A stretch of 64,000 bases of DNA, taken from contig JAQTSY010000001.1 of the NCBI GenBank assembly GCA_028711065.1, positions 86,610-150,609 of the forward strand, given 5' to 3'. Of the stretch, positions 38,182 through 47,585 are shown one piece after another; the first letter of the stretch is position 1, and the number at the start of each line of letters is the position of its first letter. Position numbers and translations under genes: made by a program. The notes under the pieces were generated by a model that did no database searches, was not told the origin of the DNA, and saw only the letters and a list, made by a program, of their open reading frames with translations. Origin of the DNA: Minisyncoccota bacterium (lineage in GTDB: Bacteria > Patescibacteriota > Minisyncoccia > Phycocordibacterales > JAQTLZ01).

Positions 38182-39126
38182 ATGAAAAAAATCTTGCTTT
38201 CAGGGGTAAAGCCGACTGGCCGGCCTCATATCGGCAATTATTTCGGCGCAATGAAGCAATTTGTGGATCTTCAAGAGAATCACGAGAGCTACATTTTCAT
38301 CGCCGATCTCCACGCGCTCACTACAGTTCAGAATAAAGAAGAGATGAGCGAAAATATTTTGGGCGTTGCGCTTGATTATCTTGCAATCGGACTTGATCCG
38401 AAAAAAGTTACGCTTTACAAACAATCAGATGTCCCGCAAGTGGCCGAGCTTGGCTGGATATTCAACTGTCTTACTACGATGCCGTACCTTTCTCGCGCGC
38501 ACGCCTACAAAGATGCCGAGGCGAAAAATAAGGAGGTAAGCGTTGGTCTCTTTGATTATCCGCTTCTTATGGCGGCTGATATATTGATTCAAGACGCAAA
38601 CGTCGTACCAACAGGCCTCGACCAGAAACAGCATATTGAAATCACACGGGATACTGCGGAGAAATTCAATAGAATTTTCGGAGAAACGTTCAAAATGCCA
38701 GAACCGCTTATTCTCGAATCAGTAAAAGTGGTTCCAGGAATTGATGGCCAGAAAATGTCAAAGAGTTACAACAATACTATTTCACTTTTTGCCACAGACG
38801 AAGAAATCAAAAAAGCTGTAATGGGAATTGTCACGGATTCAAGCGCGGGAGTGCCAACCAATGTATATGCGATTCATTCACTCATCAGAAACAAGACAGC
38901 ACTCGACAAGTTGTATGAAGAGAAAAAAGGAAAGTACAAAGATCTGAAAGACGCGCTTATAGAAGATTTGATTGCGTTCATAAAACCAATGCGAGAAAAA
39001 AGGGAAGCGTTGGCGAAAGACAAAAAAGCAATCATCAAAATTCTGAAAGGAGGGGGCGAGCGAGCCCGCGAGCGAGCCGAAGCAAAGATGCAGATTGTAC
39101 GAGAGAAAATAGGAGTTGCACTCTAG
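38182..39126 (+). CDS. trpS: tryptophan--tRNA ligase
   Basis: 'GVKPTGRPHIGNYFGA' (the HIGH motif), 'KMSKS' and a length of 314 aa typical of TrpRS. Confidence 0.9.
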   Translation: MKKILLSGVKPTGRPHIGNYFGAMKQFVDLQENHESYIFIADLHALTTVQNKEEMSENILGVALDYLAIGLDPKKVTLYKQSDVPQVAELGWIFNCLTTMPYLSRAHAYKDAEAKNKEVSVGLFDYPLLMAADILIQDANVVPTGLDQKQHIEITRDTAEKFNRIFGETFKMPEPLILESVKVVPGIDGQKMSKSYNNTISLFATDEEIKKAVMGIVTDSSAGVPTNVYAIHSLIRNKTALDKLYEEKKGKYKDLKDALIEDLIAFIKPMREKREALAKDKKAIIKILKGGGERARERAEAKMQIVREKIGVAL

Positions 39127-39134
39127 AAGAAAAG

Positions 39135-39356
39135 TGGTATTATTTATCCATGCCAACGACCCGGCTGACACCGGCGAGGATGAAGAAAGAACGGAGTGAA
39201 GCCAAGGCCTAAATCGGCCAAAGCCGATCGGCCAAGTAGATTCTTCCGGGTAAGCCCGATATAGCGAGACAAGAGAAAGAAAGCGAGGTGGCACCGCGAC
39301 ACTCGTTCGCCCTCGCAAAAACAAAATTAATTTTGTTTTTGCGAGGGCGATTTTCT
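39135..39356 (+). promoter_or_regulatory. T-box riboswitch leader (probable tRNA-Asp specificity) upstream of aspS
   Basis: Extended -10 'TGgTATTAT' at 39135-39143. Hairpin 'ccggCUGACAccgg' at 39161-39174 and 'gGAUg' provide Asp-codon specifier candidates. T-box 'GGTGGCACCGCG' at 39287-39298, whose N=C pairs with the G73 of tRNA-Asp. Perfect terminator hairpin 'cgccctcgcaaaaac...gtttttgcgagggcg' plus a U-tract at 39308-39356. Confidence 0.7.
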
Positions 39357-39398
39357 TTTATTAACTAATCTGTACTACGATATATCGTAGTGAAAAAA

Positions 39399-40802
39399 AT
39401 GAAAGGACGAACATACATTGGTGAGTTGAAAGATATGGCAGGAAAAGAGGTGATGATAGCCGGCTGGGTGGATGTTCGGCGCGATCAGGGAAAACTTATC
39501 TTTTTTGATTTCCGCGATATGACGGGAACGGTGCAGGGCGTTATTTTACCGAAAGCAACCGAAGCTCACGCAGTAGGAGAAAAATTGCGTTCAGAATGGG
39601 TTGTCCAGGTCCACGGAAAAGTAAACGCTCGTCCAGAAAAAAATGTTCAAAAAGAGAAACTCAATGGCGCGGTAGAAATTGAAATTCTGTCAATACAAGT
39701 CCTAAACGAAGCGACAACTCCAGCATTTGATGTTGCGGGAGCGGGCTCTGAAATAAACGAGGAAACCCGGCTTAAATATCGATATCTCGACCTCCGTCGT
39801 CCTCGGATGCAGAAAAATGTTCGAGCACGGCACAAAATCCAGCAACTCGTCCGTAATTTCTTTACAGCAGAAAAATTCACCGAAATTGAAACTCCGCTCC
39901 TTTCTGCAACAACTCCGGAAGGTTCGCGAGATTATGTAGTTCCATCACGCCTTGAACCAGGGCATTTCTACGCACTTCCACAATCACCCCAGCAATACAA
40001 ACAGCTTCTTATGTCCGCTGGATTCGAAAAATATTTCCAATTTGCCCGATGTATGCGAGATGAAGATACGAGAGGGGATAGACAGCCGGAATTTACCCAA
40101 CTCGATATGGAGATGAGTTTTGTCGAACGCGATGATGTGATGGCGATAAATGAGAAAGTGCTTATCGAAGTGGTAAAAACGCTCTATCCTGAAAAGAAAA
40201 TCCAACAAATTCCTTTTCCGCGAATGACATATGACGAAGTAATGAAAAAATATGGAGTTGATAAGCCGGATATCCGAGAAAATAAAGAAGATCCGAATCT
40301 TTTGGCATTTCTCTGGGTAATTGATTTTCCGTTCTTTGAGAAAGATGACAAAGGAGGATGGACATTTACTCATAATCCATTTTCACGCCCGCAGAAAGAG
40401 CATACGGAATGGCTTATGGAAAAGAAAAATATCGGCGAAATAAAAACAACGCAGTACGATGTAGTGTTGAACGGCTACGAGATTGGTGGGGGTTCTATCC
40501 GAAATCACGACCCCAAAGCACTCAAAAAAGTGTTTGAAATTATGGGATATTCCGAAGAGAGAATTCAGCATAATTTCGGCCATATGCTCACAGCACTTGG
40601 CTCCGGCACACCCCCGCACGGAGGAATTGCGTGGGGTTTTGATCGATTTCTTATGCTTCTTCATAACGAACCAAATATCCGCGAGGTTATTCCATTCGCG
40701 AAAACTGGAGAGGGAAAGGATCCGATGATGGGCGCGCCGACGACGATTACCGACGAACAACTTCATGAACTCGGCATAAGCATCACCAAAAAGAAAAAAT
40801 AA
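39399..40802 (+). CDS. aspS: aspartate--tRNA ligase (compact, no GAD insertion)
   Basis: OB-fold N-terminus and class II core with the AspRS-specific 'LPQSPQQYKQLLM'. 467-470 aa. An alternative GTG start at 39390 is possible. Confidence 0.85.
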   Translation: MKGRTYIGELKDMAGKEVMIAGWVDVRRDQGKLIFFDFRDMTGTVQGVILPKATEAHAVGEKLRSEWVVQVHGKVNARPEKNVQKEKLNGAVEIEILSIQVLNEATTPAFDVAGAGSEINEETRLKYRYLDLRRPRMQKNVRARHKIQQLVRNFFTAEKFTEIETPLLSATTPEGSRDYVVPSRLEPGHFYALPQSPQQYKQLLMSAGFEKYFQFARCMRDEDTRGDRQPEFTQLDMEMSFVERDDVMAINEKVLIEVVKTLYPEKKIQQIPFPRMTYDEVMKKYGVDKPDIRENKEDPNLLAFLWVIDFPFFEKDDKGGWTFTHNPFSRPQKEHTEWLMEKKNIGEIKTTQYDVVLNGYEIGGGSIRNHDPKALKKVFEIMGYSEERIQHNFGHMLTALGSGTPPHGGIAWGFDRFLMLLHNEPNIREVIPFAKTGEGKDPMMGAPTTITDEQLHELGISITKKKK

Positions 40803-40805
40803 TTC

Positions 40806-41534
40806 GTGGAAAATCAGGGCTACAAAATAAAGACGGAGAAATTCGAGGGACCGCTCGACCTTCTGCTTTCTCTTATCGAAAAGCGCAAACTGCTCATCAA
40901 CGAAATTTCGCTCGCCCAAATCACCGACGATTATATCGGCTATATAAAAAATAACGGCAAGGAGACGTTGGGGGAGAGTGCCAACTTTATTTTAATCGCC
41001 TCCACGCTTCTCCTTATCAAATCCCGCTCGCTGTTGCCCAATCTTTCGCTGTCCGAAGAAGAGGAGCAGTCAATTAATGAGCTCGAACGCCGCCTGAAAA
41101 TCTACAAAGAAATCAAAGAGCTCTCTGTACATATTGCCGAACGTTTCGGAAAAGAGATGATTTTCGCCCCGCAGATGCGGAAATTCGATCCTGTTTTCTC
41201 GCCAGACAAAGATACAACGCTTCCGAATATGCTCTCTGCGATGGAGCGGGTGCTTCAGAGCTTGCCGAAGAAAGAATTTCTACCGAAAGCAGTCGTGAAA
41301 AAAATCATAAGCCTCGAGGAGATGATAGGGAATCTCACGGTACGCATCCAAAAAAGCTTGAAAATCGGCTTTAAAGACCTCGCAAAAGTCGGAAAGGATG
41401 ATAAAATCAATGTCATCGTTAGTTTTCTGGCAATTCTTGAACTGGTAAAACAGGGTGTTGTCTCTGTTGTGCAAGAATCAAAGCATGACGATATTATGAT
41501 CGAATCGAATGATCTCGGAGTACCGAGATACTGA
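40806..41534 (+). CDS. scpA: segregation and condensation protein A
   Basis: 'FEGPLDLLLSLIEKRKL...EISLAQITDDY' ScpA N-terminus. GTG start immediately after the aspS stop. Confidence 0.8.
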   Translation: MENQGYKIKTEKFEGPLDLLLSLIEKRKLLINEISLAQITDDYIGYIKNNGKETLGESANFILIASTLLLIKSRSLLPNLSLSEEEEQSINELERRLKIYKEIKELSVHIAERFGKEMIFAPQMRKFDPVFSPDKDTTLPNMLSAMERVLQSLPKKEFLPKAVVKKIISLEEMIGNLTVRIQKSLKIGFKDLAKVGKDDKINVIVSFLAILELVKQGVVSVVQESKHDDIMIESNDLGVPRY

Positions 41535-41627
41535 GTAAAAAGGCAAAAGGAGAAAGTCGAAAGTCCGAAAATATTAAATATAATTAAATTAACTTTACAC
41601 TTTTCACTTTAAACTTTTAACTATTTT

Positions 41628-42188
41628 ATGGAATTAGACGCAACATTAGAAGCAGTTTTGTTTTTCAAAGGCGAAGCTGTTTCGATAAAAAAACTTTCTC
41701 AAATCCTCGAGAAAAATCCTGCGGAAATCCAGGATGGTTTGAGGGTGCTTGAAGAAAAGTTAAAAACCAGAGGAATCCGGCTTCTGCGTATTGGAGATGA
41801 AGTGGCGCTTGGCACAGCATCGAAAGCAGATGAAATAATAGAAAAACTCACCAAAGAAGAACTTTCAAGGGATATTGGGCGTGCGGGACTTGAGACACTT
41901 TCCATCATTATTTACCGTGGGCCGATTGCAAGAAGGGAAATCGACTACATCCGAGGAGTGAACTCAACCTTTATTCTTCGAAATCTCCTTATTCGCGGAC
42001 TTGTGGAAAAAGTTCAGGCTGAAAAAGATCAGAGAAGCTTCCTCTATAAACCAACGCTTGAACTCCTTTCGCATTTGGGACTCGAAAAGATCGAAGATTT
42101 ACCAGAATATACGAGAGTGAAAGAAGAGATAAAGAAGTTTGAAGAGAGTGAAAAGCAGACAGAAGAGGGGGAAAATGGGACGCACTAA
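41628..42188 (+). CDS. scpB: segregation and condensation protein B
   Basis: Winged-helix ScpB pattern 'LEAVLFFKGEAVSIKKLSQIL'. Confidence 0.8.
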   Translation: MELDATLEAVLFFKGEAVSIKKLSQILEKNPAEIQDGLRVLEEKLKTRGIRLLRIGDEVALGTASKADEIIEKLTKEELSRDIGRAGLETLSIIIYRGPIARREIDYIRGVNSTFILRNLLIRGLVEKVQAEKDQRSFLYKPTLELLSHLGLEKIEDLPEYTRVKEEIKKFEESEKQTEEGENGTH

Positions 42189-42196
42189 AAGAAATT

Positions 42197-44128
42197 ATGA
42201 AGCAAATACTTATTTTTGTTGCTGTTATTATCATCCTCGTTGTTGGAGGATTTTTTTTGCAAAACAAAAATAATCTCGAGAAAGTCCAGAATATAATTAC
42301 GAGAGCAACTCCGACCCCGACACCAACACCCGAAATTGACCCAAGCTCGCTTACCTGGACACAGACAAAAACAAACGCGGAAGGCTGGCCAAAACGCGAC
42401 TCTCATTCGGTATTTGTATTTGATAATAAGATGTGGGTGCTTGGCGGGCTTGATGCCGATAGTTCAAAAATTGCCGGAGTACCTGATTATGAATCAGCAA
42501 TTTATTACAACGATATTTGGAATACTTCAGACGGCGTGAATTGGACGAGAGTAGTGGAACATGCCGATTTTCCTTACATCCGCTCGGCATCGGTCGTCAA
42601 TTTCAAAGGAGTGCTCTATATGTACGGAGGCTGGAGCCCGCATGATGGGCTTGAATATAAAAACGGTATTTGGAGCTCGACTGATGGAATTCATTGGAAA
42701 AAAGTGGTTGAGAAACCGGAATATCCTGAAAGGGAGGGACAAATCGTGCTCGAATGGAATGGGAAACTGTGGCTCGTCGCGGGTGTGGATTATTTTGGGA
42801 GGAAAACGTTCAACGACGTTTGGTCTTCTGACGACGGGATCCACTGGACAGCGGCAACCACAGACGCCCCTTGGCATTCAAGGTGGGACCACGCGCTCGG
42901 TGTATGGAACGGAAAAATGTATATCGCCGGAGGAATGAATTTTCACGGAGTTGGCTACAGCGATGAATGGGTCTCAAGCGATGGCGCTCATTGGGACCTC
43001 GTAAGTCCGAACGCTGCATGGGGAGAAAGGCAAGGACAAGAAATAGTAAATTACCATGGATACATGTGGCTCATTAGTGGGCTTCATTCTGCAAGCAACG
43101 AGGGTAAAGGTGACGCGTGGTATAGCACTGACGGAATTGAATGGAAAAAAGCTTCGGACGATTACCAATGGAAGGGTAGGGAAGACCACGGCGTCATTGT
43201 GTTCAACGATAAAATCTGGGTAATGGGAGGAATGGACAGCGATTGGCACTGGAATGGAGATGTGTGGTCTTCCGGTTTTTTGCCGATGTTTAGCGCACCA
43301 AGAGAAAAAATATCGCCAACACCATCACCAGAACCCACAGTAGATCTTTCAAAGCCGGACGTTTCAGCACTTGAATATTTTTCCATTCTTTTAGATGCGC
43401 AAGGGAAACAGACAATCCTCGCGGAGAAGAATAAAAATATGCCGGTACCAATTGCAAGCATAACCAAACTTATGACAGCAGTGATTGCAAGCGAAGAGCT
43501 GCCTGCAGACAGAAACATAACCGTACCAGCAAGCGCTCTAGCGGGGAAGGGAAGTGCGGGAGAAATAAAGGCTGGAGAAACATTTTCTCTGAATGACCTG
43601 CTTTCTATACTTCTTCTTCCTTCCGATAACGATACTGCGGAACTTTTAGCGCAAACAGTTGGTGAAGAAAAGTTTATTAATCTCATGAATAAGAAGGCCC
43701 AAGAGATCGGAATGACTCACACAAAATACGTAAATGCCATGGGACTTGATAACGGAACTGCAATTGATTCAAATCAGTCTACAGCTGAAGATCTTTCTAA
43801 ATTGGCTATCTATATTATTAAAAATCATCCAAAGATTCTTGCGATAACCGGCACAAAAGAAAAAACTGTTTCAGATACCGCAGGAATACAGCATACGCTC
43901 AAGTCTACAAACCATATGTTTGATATTAAAATGGCGGTTGATGTTCTTGGAGGAAAAACTGGAGAAACGCCACTTGCGAAGAAAAACCTTGTTCTCATCA
44001 CGAACGGATTTTCTCCCCAATCTTCTAGCCCAGATGACCGCATGATTTCGGTTGTTCTCCATTCAGACGATAATTTTTTTGATATGCAAAAACTTATATT
44101 CTGGATAGTAAGCAACTGGAAAAAATAA
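42197..44128 (+). CDS. membrane-anchored beta-propeller / D-alanyl-D-alanine carboxypeptidase (S11, PBP5-like) fusion protein
   Basis: N-terminal TM helix, then five or more ~47-aa repeats with 'W.S.DG..W' and 'GG' (Kelch/Asp-box-like). The C-terminal domain carries 'SITK' (SxxK), 'SDN' and 'KTG' serine-peptidase motifs. Confidence 0.75.
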   Translation: MKQILIFVAVIIILVVGGFFLQNKNNLEKVQNIITRATPTPTPTPEIDPSSLTWTQTKTNAEGWPKRDSHSVFVFDNKMWVLGGLDADSSKIAGVPDYESAIYYNDIWNTSDGVNWTRVVEHADFPYIRSASVVNFKGVLYMYGGWSPHDGLEYKNGIWSSTDGIHWKKVVEKPEYPEREGQIVLEWNGKLWLVAGVDYFGRKTFNDVWSSDDGIHWTAATTDAPWHSRWDHALGVWNGKMYIAGGMNFHGVGYSDEWVSSDGAHWDLVSPNAAWGERQGQEIVNYHGYMWLISGLHSASNEGKGDAWYSTDGIEWKKASDDYQWKGREDHGVIVFNDKIWVMGGMDSDWHWNGDVWSSGFLPMFSAPREKISPTPSPEPTVDLSKPDVSALEYFSILLDAQGKQTILAEKNKNMPVPIASITKLMTAVIASEELPADRNITVPASALAGKGSAGEIKAGETFSLNDLLSILLLPSDNDTAELLAQTVGEEKFINLMNKKAQEIGMTHTKYVNAMGLDNGTAIDSNQSTAEDLSKLAIYIIKNHPKILAITGTKEKTVSDTAGIQHTLKSTNHMFDIKMAVDVLGGKTGETPLAKKNLVLITNGFSPQSSSPDDRMISVVLHSDDNFFDMQKLIFWIVSNWKK

Positions 44129-44153
44129 GCGTTCCACTATATAATCTCCCAAC

Positions 44154-45227
44154 ATGGTCATAGATATCGTAAAAGTTTTTCTACCCTCAACCGTGGCTTT
44201 CTGTATGGGTATTTTCATCACCCCGTTTCTTACAGACTACCTCTACAAACACGAAATGTGGAAGAAAAAAGCGGGCAAAGTTGATATGCAGGGAAATGCT
44301 ACGCCCATTTTTAACTCCCTTCATAAAGAAAAAGAAGTGGGAACTCCAAGAATGGGAGGTATTGTAATTTGGGGAAGCACTATTGTAACAGTGCTCTTTT
44401 TCTTTTTGCTCGCAAGAATTTTCCCGAGCGCCCTTTCGCACAAAATTGATTTTCTTTCCCGAAATCAAACGTGGCTTCCGCTCTCAACCCTTTTTCTCGG
44501 GGCGATCGTAGGACTCATTGATGATTGGCTCGAGATAAAAGGAAGCCGAGATCATATCGCCGGGGGACTTTCTCTGAAAAAAAGACTTACCGCCGTTTTG
44601 GTCATAAGCCTTCTTTGCGCGCTGTGGTTTTATTTCAAACTTGGAGTTTCTTCGATTGGACTTCCGTTTCATTTTGAATTGCCACTCGGACTCCTCTTTA
44701 TTCCGTTTTTTATGGCAGTAACTGTTTTTATTTATTCCGGCGGGGTTATCGATGGGCTGGACGGCCTCGCGGGAGGAGTTTTTGCAAGTATGTTTGCCGC
44801 ATATGCTGGAATCGCTTTTTATCAAAATCAAATAGACCTTGCAGCGCTTTGCGCCACCTTTGTCGGGGGAATAATGGCATTTTTGTGGTTTAACATTCCT
44901 CCGGCTCGATATTATATGTCTGAAACGGGAACAATGGGCCTCACCATCGCTCTTGCCGTAGTGGCATTTCTTACCGATTCACTCGCAGGCGGATATGGCA
45001 TTTTGGTGCTTCCAGTCATTGCATTACCGCTTGTGTTAACAACCCTTTCAAACATTATCCAGGTCCTTTCAAAAAAATACAGAGGGAAGAAAGTGTTTCT
45101 CGTCGCACCGCTCCATCATCATTTCGAAGCCCTCGGCTGGCCGGCATATAAAGTGACGATGCGTTATTGGATCATAGGAATTATTTTTGCAATTTTGGGA
45201 CTCATTTTGGCGTTGATTGGAAAATAG
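44154..45227 (+). CDS. mraY: phospho-N-acetylmuramoyl-pentapeptide transferase
   Basis: 'GLIDDWLEI', 'DGLDGLAGG' and 'PLHHHFE' MraY motifs across 10 TM helices. Confidence 0.9.
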   Translation: MVIDIVKVFLPSTVAFCMGIFITPFLTDYLYKHEMWKKKAGKVDMQGNATPIFNSLHKEKEVGTPRMGGIVIWGSTIVTVLFFFLLARIFPSALSHKIDFLSRNQTWLPLSTLFLGAIVGLIDDWLEIKGSRDHIAGGLSLKKRLTAVLVISLLCALWFYFKLGVSSIGLPFHFELPLGLLFIPFFMAVTVFIYSGGVIDGLDGLAGGVFASMFAAYAGIAFYQNQIDLAALCATFVGGIMAFLWFNIPPARYYMSETGTMGLTIALAVVAFLTDSLAGGYGILVLPVIALPLVLTTLSNIIQVLSKKYRGKKVFLVAPLHHHFEALGWPAYKVTMRYWIIGIIFAILGLILALIGK

Positions 45228-45232
45228 AAAGC

Positions 45233-45405
45233 TCGCCCACACCTTTTGGAAAACAGCCCCACTGGTTCTTTGATTGCGGAATAGTCGGTTTTCTTCACGG
45301 AAAATTGAAAACTCCTCGCGTGGGCTTTGTCAGACAGTTCAATTTTCCTAAAAACCTCCTTTCCGCTGCACAAAGCCCAGTGAGTTTCCCAAAAGGTGTG
45401 GGACT
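45233..45405. repeat. nested long inverted-repeat element (MITE-like or structured RNA)
   Basis: Outer arms 'cccacaccttttggaaaacagcccc' (45236-) and 'cccagtgagtttcccaaaaggtgtggg' (-45402) are reverse complements. Inner palindrome 'ggaaaattgaa...ttcaattttcc' at 45298-45348. Confidence 0.5.
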
Positions 45406-45503
45406 CGCTTGCGTGGTAAAAAATTGACATAACAAAACATAAATTGTAAAGTTTGGTTTGGCTTCATTGACATACAACCAAAACCCCATTCGGAGGTACC
45501 GCC

Positions 45504-47561
45504 ATGAAAAAGGTTTGTTTTTTGGGGGCTTTTGTGGCCCTGATCCTTTGCAGTGTTGATGTCACGATGACCAGAGAAGGCCTCGTGACATGGACAAGCG
45601 TAAATTACGACAGCGATCCGATGTACGTTCACTTCGAAGATGGGCGATCCGTAACCCTCCACAAAGGGCAAAGTCTGATCGTCTCAGAGCCTTGTGTTCT
45701 TCACGTTCATTCGTGCGGTTGGGATAAGATCCCGTTCACCCCGCAGAAATCGATGAGGTTTAGTCCCCGGCAGGCAAGTATGCTTCCCGTAGTACCAATG
45801 TCGAACAACAAGAGGCGGAAAATTATTCTCAATTATCCACCAGTGTCGTCCGTGTGGCATCTGCCGTTCGGAATCGCACAACTCGCCGCGTGTCTCAAAG
45901 AGCGCGGGCACGAAGTGCGTCAGCGATACGGTCACATCATAGGCCTCGAGCATATACTCCGTGAATATGGAGGAGATGAAGCCGAAGGAGCAATCGCCAC
46001 GATTCGAGATCCAAAGAGTGATATTCTGGCACTTTATAATGTCCAGCAATCGCTCAAAAAGATTTCGAAAAGTGTGCCGACAAGGGATAAATTCGTCGTG
46101 TACGGCAACAACGCAAACTATGTTTCAGCCGACAACGACGGAAGCATTGAAGGAATCCTATGTGCTATCGAAAACCGGAAAAGCAATATGTGGTATCGCT
46201 ACTTCGCCGAAGTGGAAATTCCTCTGGCGGAAGATTGTCAGCCGGATATTTACGGCGTGAGCATCGCGGACGAACGTCATCTGGTGCAAGGATTTATTCT
46301 TGCATCGCTTGTGAAGGAAGCCCTGCCCAAGACCCTCGTGGTCATCGGCGGAAATTTCTTCGCACGCACACCGGATGCATTCAAGACGCCTGAGTTTGCA
46401 AAGCTTTTCGACCATTGCGACGCAATCGTCTGGAGCGAAGGCTTCGAGCCGATCTGCAAACTCGCCGACTCACTTGACCCTTCCTCTACACCCGGAACGG
46501 CGTGGAGAAATGGAGACAAAGTAATCGTCAATCCACCGTCGGTAGATGCAACGTCGTTTGAATCACTACCAACTCCCATCTTTGATGGGGGAGCTCGGCA
46601 GTGGTCGCCTGATGACGTGTATCCGCTTTATACGATGTCGAATTGTCCAATGCAATGCGGCTTCTGCGCCATCGCGGCCGGAAGCGACACATTCCTTGGA
46701 CGATCACGAATGATGAGTCCGCAGCGGGTAGCAGAGCATATGCAAAAGCTCGACGGACATCGGTTTGATATCATCAACGAACTCATGCCGGTTCCATACC
46801 AACTCGCTCTCGGGGCTGAACTGAAAAAAATCGGCCACGAAGCGACCTGGCAGTGTTACCTGACTGTCACGAACGACCTCGCCGACCCGGCAAAGTGCAA
46901 GCAATTGTACGATGCGGGTTGCCGTGGCGTTCAGCTCGGTCTCGAAACACTTTCGCGCGAAACGCTTCTCCGCGAGAAAAAGGGGTGGAACCATCCCGAA
47001 CACTACGTGGAGATACTTCGCAATCTGAAAGATGCCGGAATACAAACACACGTGTTCCTGCTTCTCGGATTGCCGGGACAGCCACTTCATCACGATCTGC
47101 GCTGGCTGGCGTTTCTTGAAGAGCACGGCGACCTTATCTTGACTATCAAAAGCGGACGCTACCGGCTCGCGAGGAAAGCGCCGGAAGAACAATTCGGCAC
47201 GCACAGCTCCCTTATCAAAGTTGCAGAGAGCATCAAGCCGCTTCGGCTCAATCGGGACTTCCAGTATACGAGCAAATTCTTGAGCCGGTCCCGAGTCGAG
47301 GCGGTTCGAGACATTCTTGAAGAAGCATGTCGGCGGCACTGGGCATATCAAACCACAACGATTCTCCCTTGGTGGATCAATCGGGGCAGATATTCGTGGA
47401 ATGATTTCTCCGAGATGGCGAAGGTACTGCCGCGAGAAGAGCCAGTCCGACACATCGACGAGGCGGTAAAAAAGATGGAGCGGCTCGTCTTCGACGAGCT
47501 TGGCAGAAAAGAGACCTTTTCGTCATTTGAAGATTTGGTCGCTTTCTCCCACACCATCTAG
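45504..47561 (+). CDS. B12-binding domain / radical SAM protein (GC-rich insertion in the dcw cluster)
   Basis: 'RKIILNYPP' plus 'VVIGGNFFARTP' B12-binding-like N-domain. 'CPMQCGFC' is a CxxxCxxC radical-SAM cluster motif. 685 aa at about 55% GC. The N-terminal ~98 aa is hydrophobic and signal-peptide-like. GGAGG RBS at 45491-45495. An alternative internal start is M99 at 45798. Confidence 0.75.
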   Translation: MKKVCFLGAFVALILCSVDVTMTREGLVTWTSVNYDSDPMYVHFEDGRSVTLHKGQSLIVSEPCVLHVHSCGWDKIPFTPQKSMRFSPRQASMLPVVPMSNNKRRKIILNYPPVSSVWHLPFGIAQLAACLKERGHEVRQRYGHIIGLEHILREYGGDEAEGAIATIRDPKSDILALYNVQQSLKKISKSVPTRDKFVVYGNNANYVSADNDGSIEGILCAIENRKSNMWYRYFAEVEIPLAEDCQPDIYGVSIADERHLVQGFILASLVKEALPKTLVVIGGNFFARTPDAFKTPEFAKLFDHCDAIVWSEGFEPICKLADSLDPSSTPGTAWRNGDKVIVNPPSVDATSFESLPTPIFDGGARQWSPDDVYPLYTMSNCPMQCGFCAIAAGSDTFLGRSRMMSPQRVAEHMQKLDGHRFDIINELMPVPYQLALGAELKKIGHEATWQCYLTVTNDLADPAKCKQLYDAGCRGVQLGLETLSRETLLREKKGWNHPEHYVEILRNLKDAGIQTHVFLLLGLPGQPLHHDLRWLAFLEEHGDLILTIKSGRYRLARKAPEEQFGTHSSLIKVAESIKPLRLNRDFQYTSKFLSRSRVEAVRDILEEACRRHWAYQTTTILPWWINRGRYSWNDFSEMAKVLPREEPVRHIDEAVKKMERLVFDELGRKETFSSFEDLVAFSHTI

Positions 47562-47585
47562 GTTGCATATCAAAAAGTACTTTCT

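Noticed and set aside
43162-43686. 174-aa minus-strand ORF inside the propeller-carboxypeptidase gene
   Set aside because: Antisense to conserved repeat and peptidase motifs.
45490-45503. 'GGAGGTACCGCC' upstream of the radical SAM gene resembling a T-box core
   Set aside because: It is the Shine-Dalgarno region of the gene, with no terminator or antiterminator context.
46704-47453. 249-aa minus-strand ORF inside the radical SAM gene
   Set aside because: Antisense product of a GC-rich gene. The radical SAM frame carries the CxxxCxxC motif.
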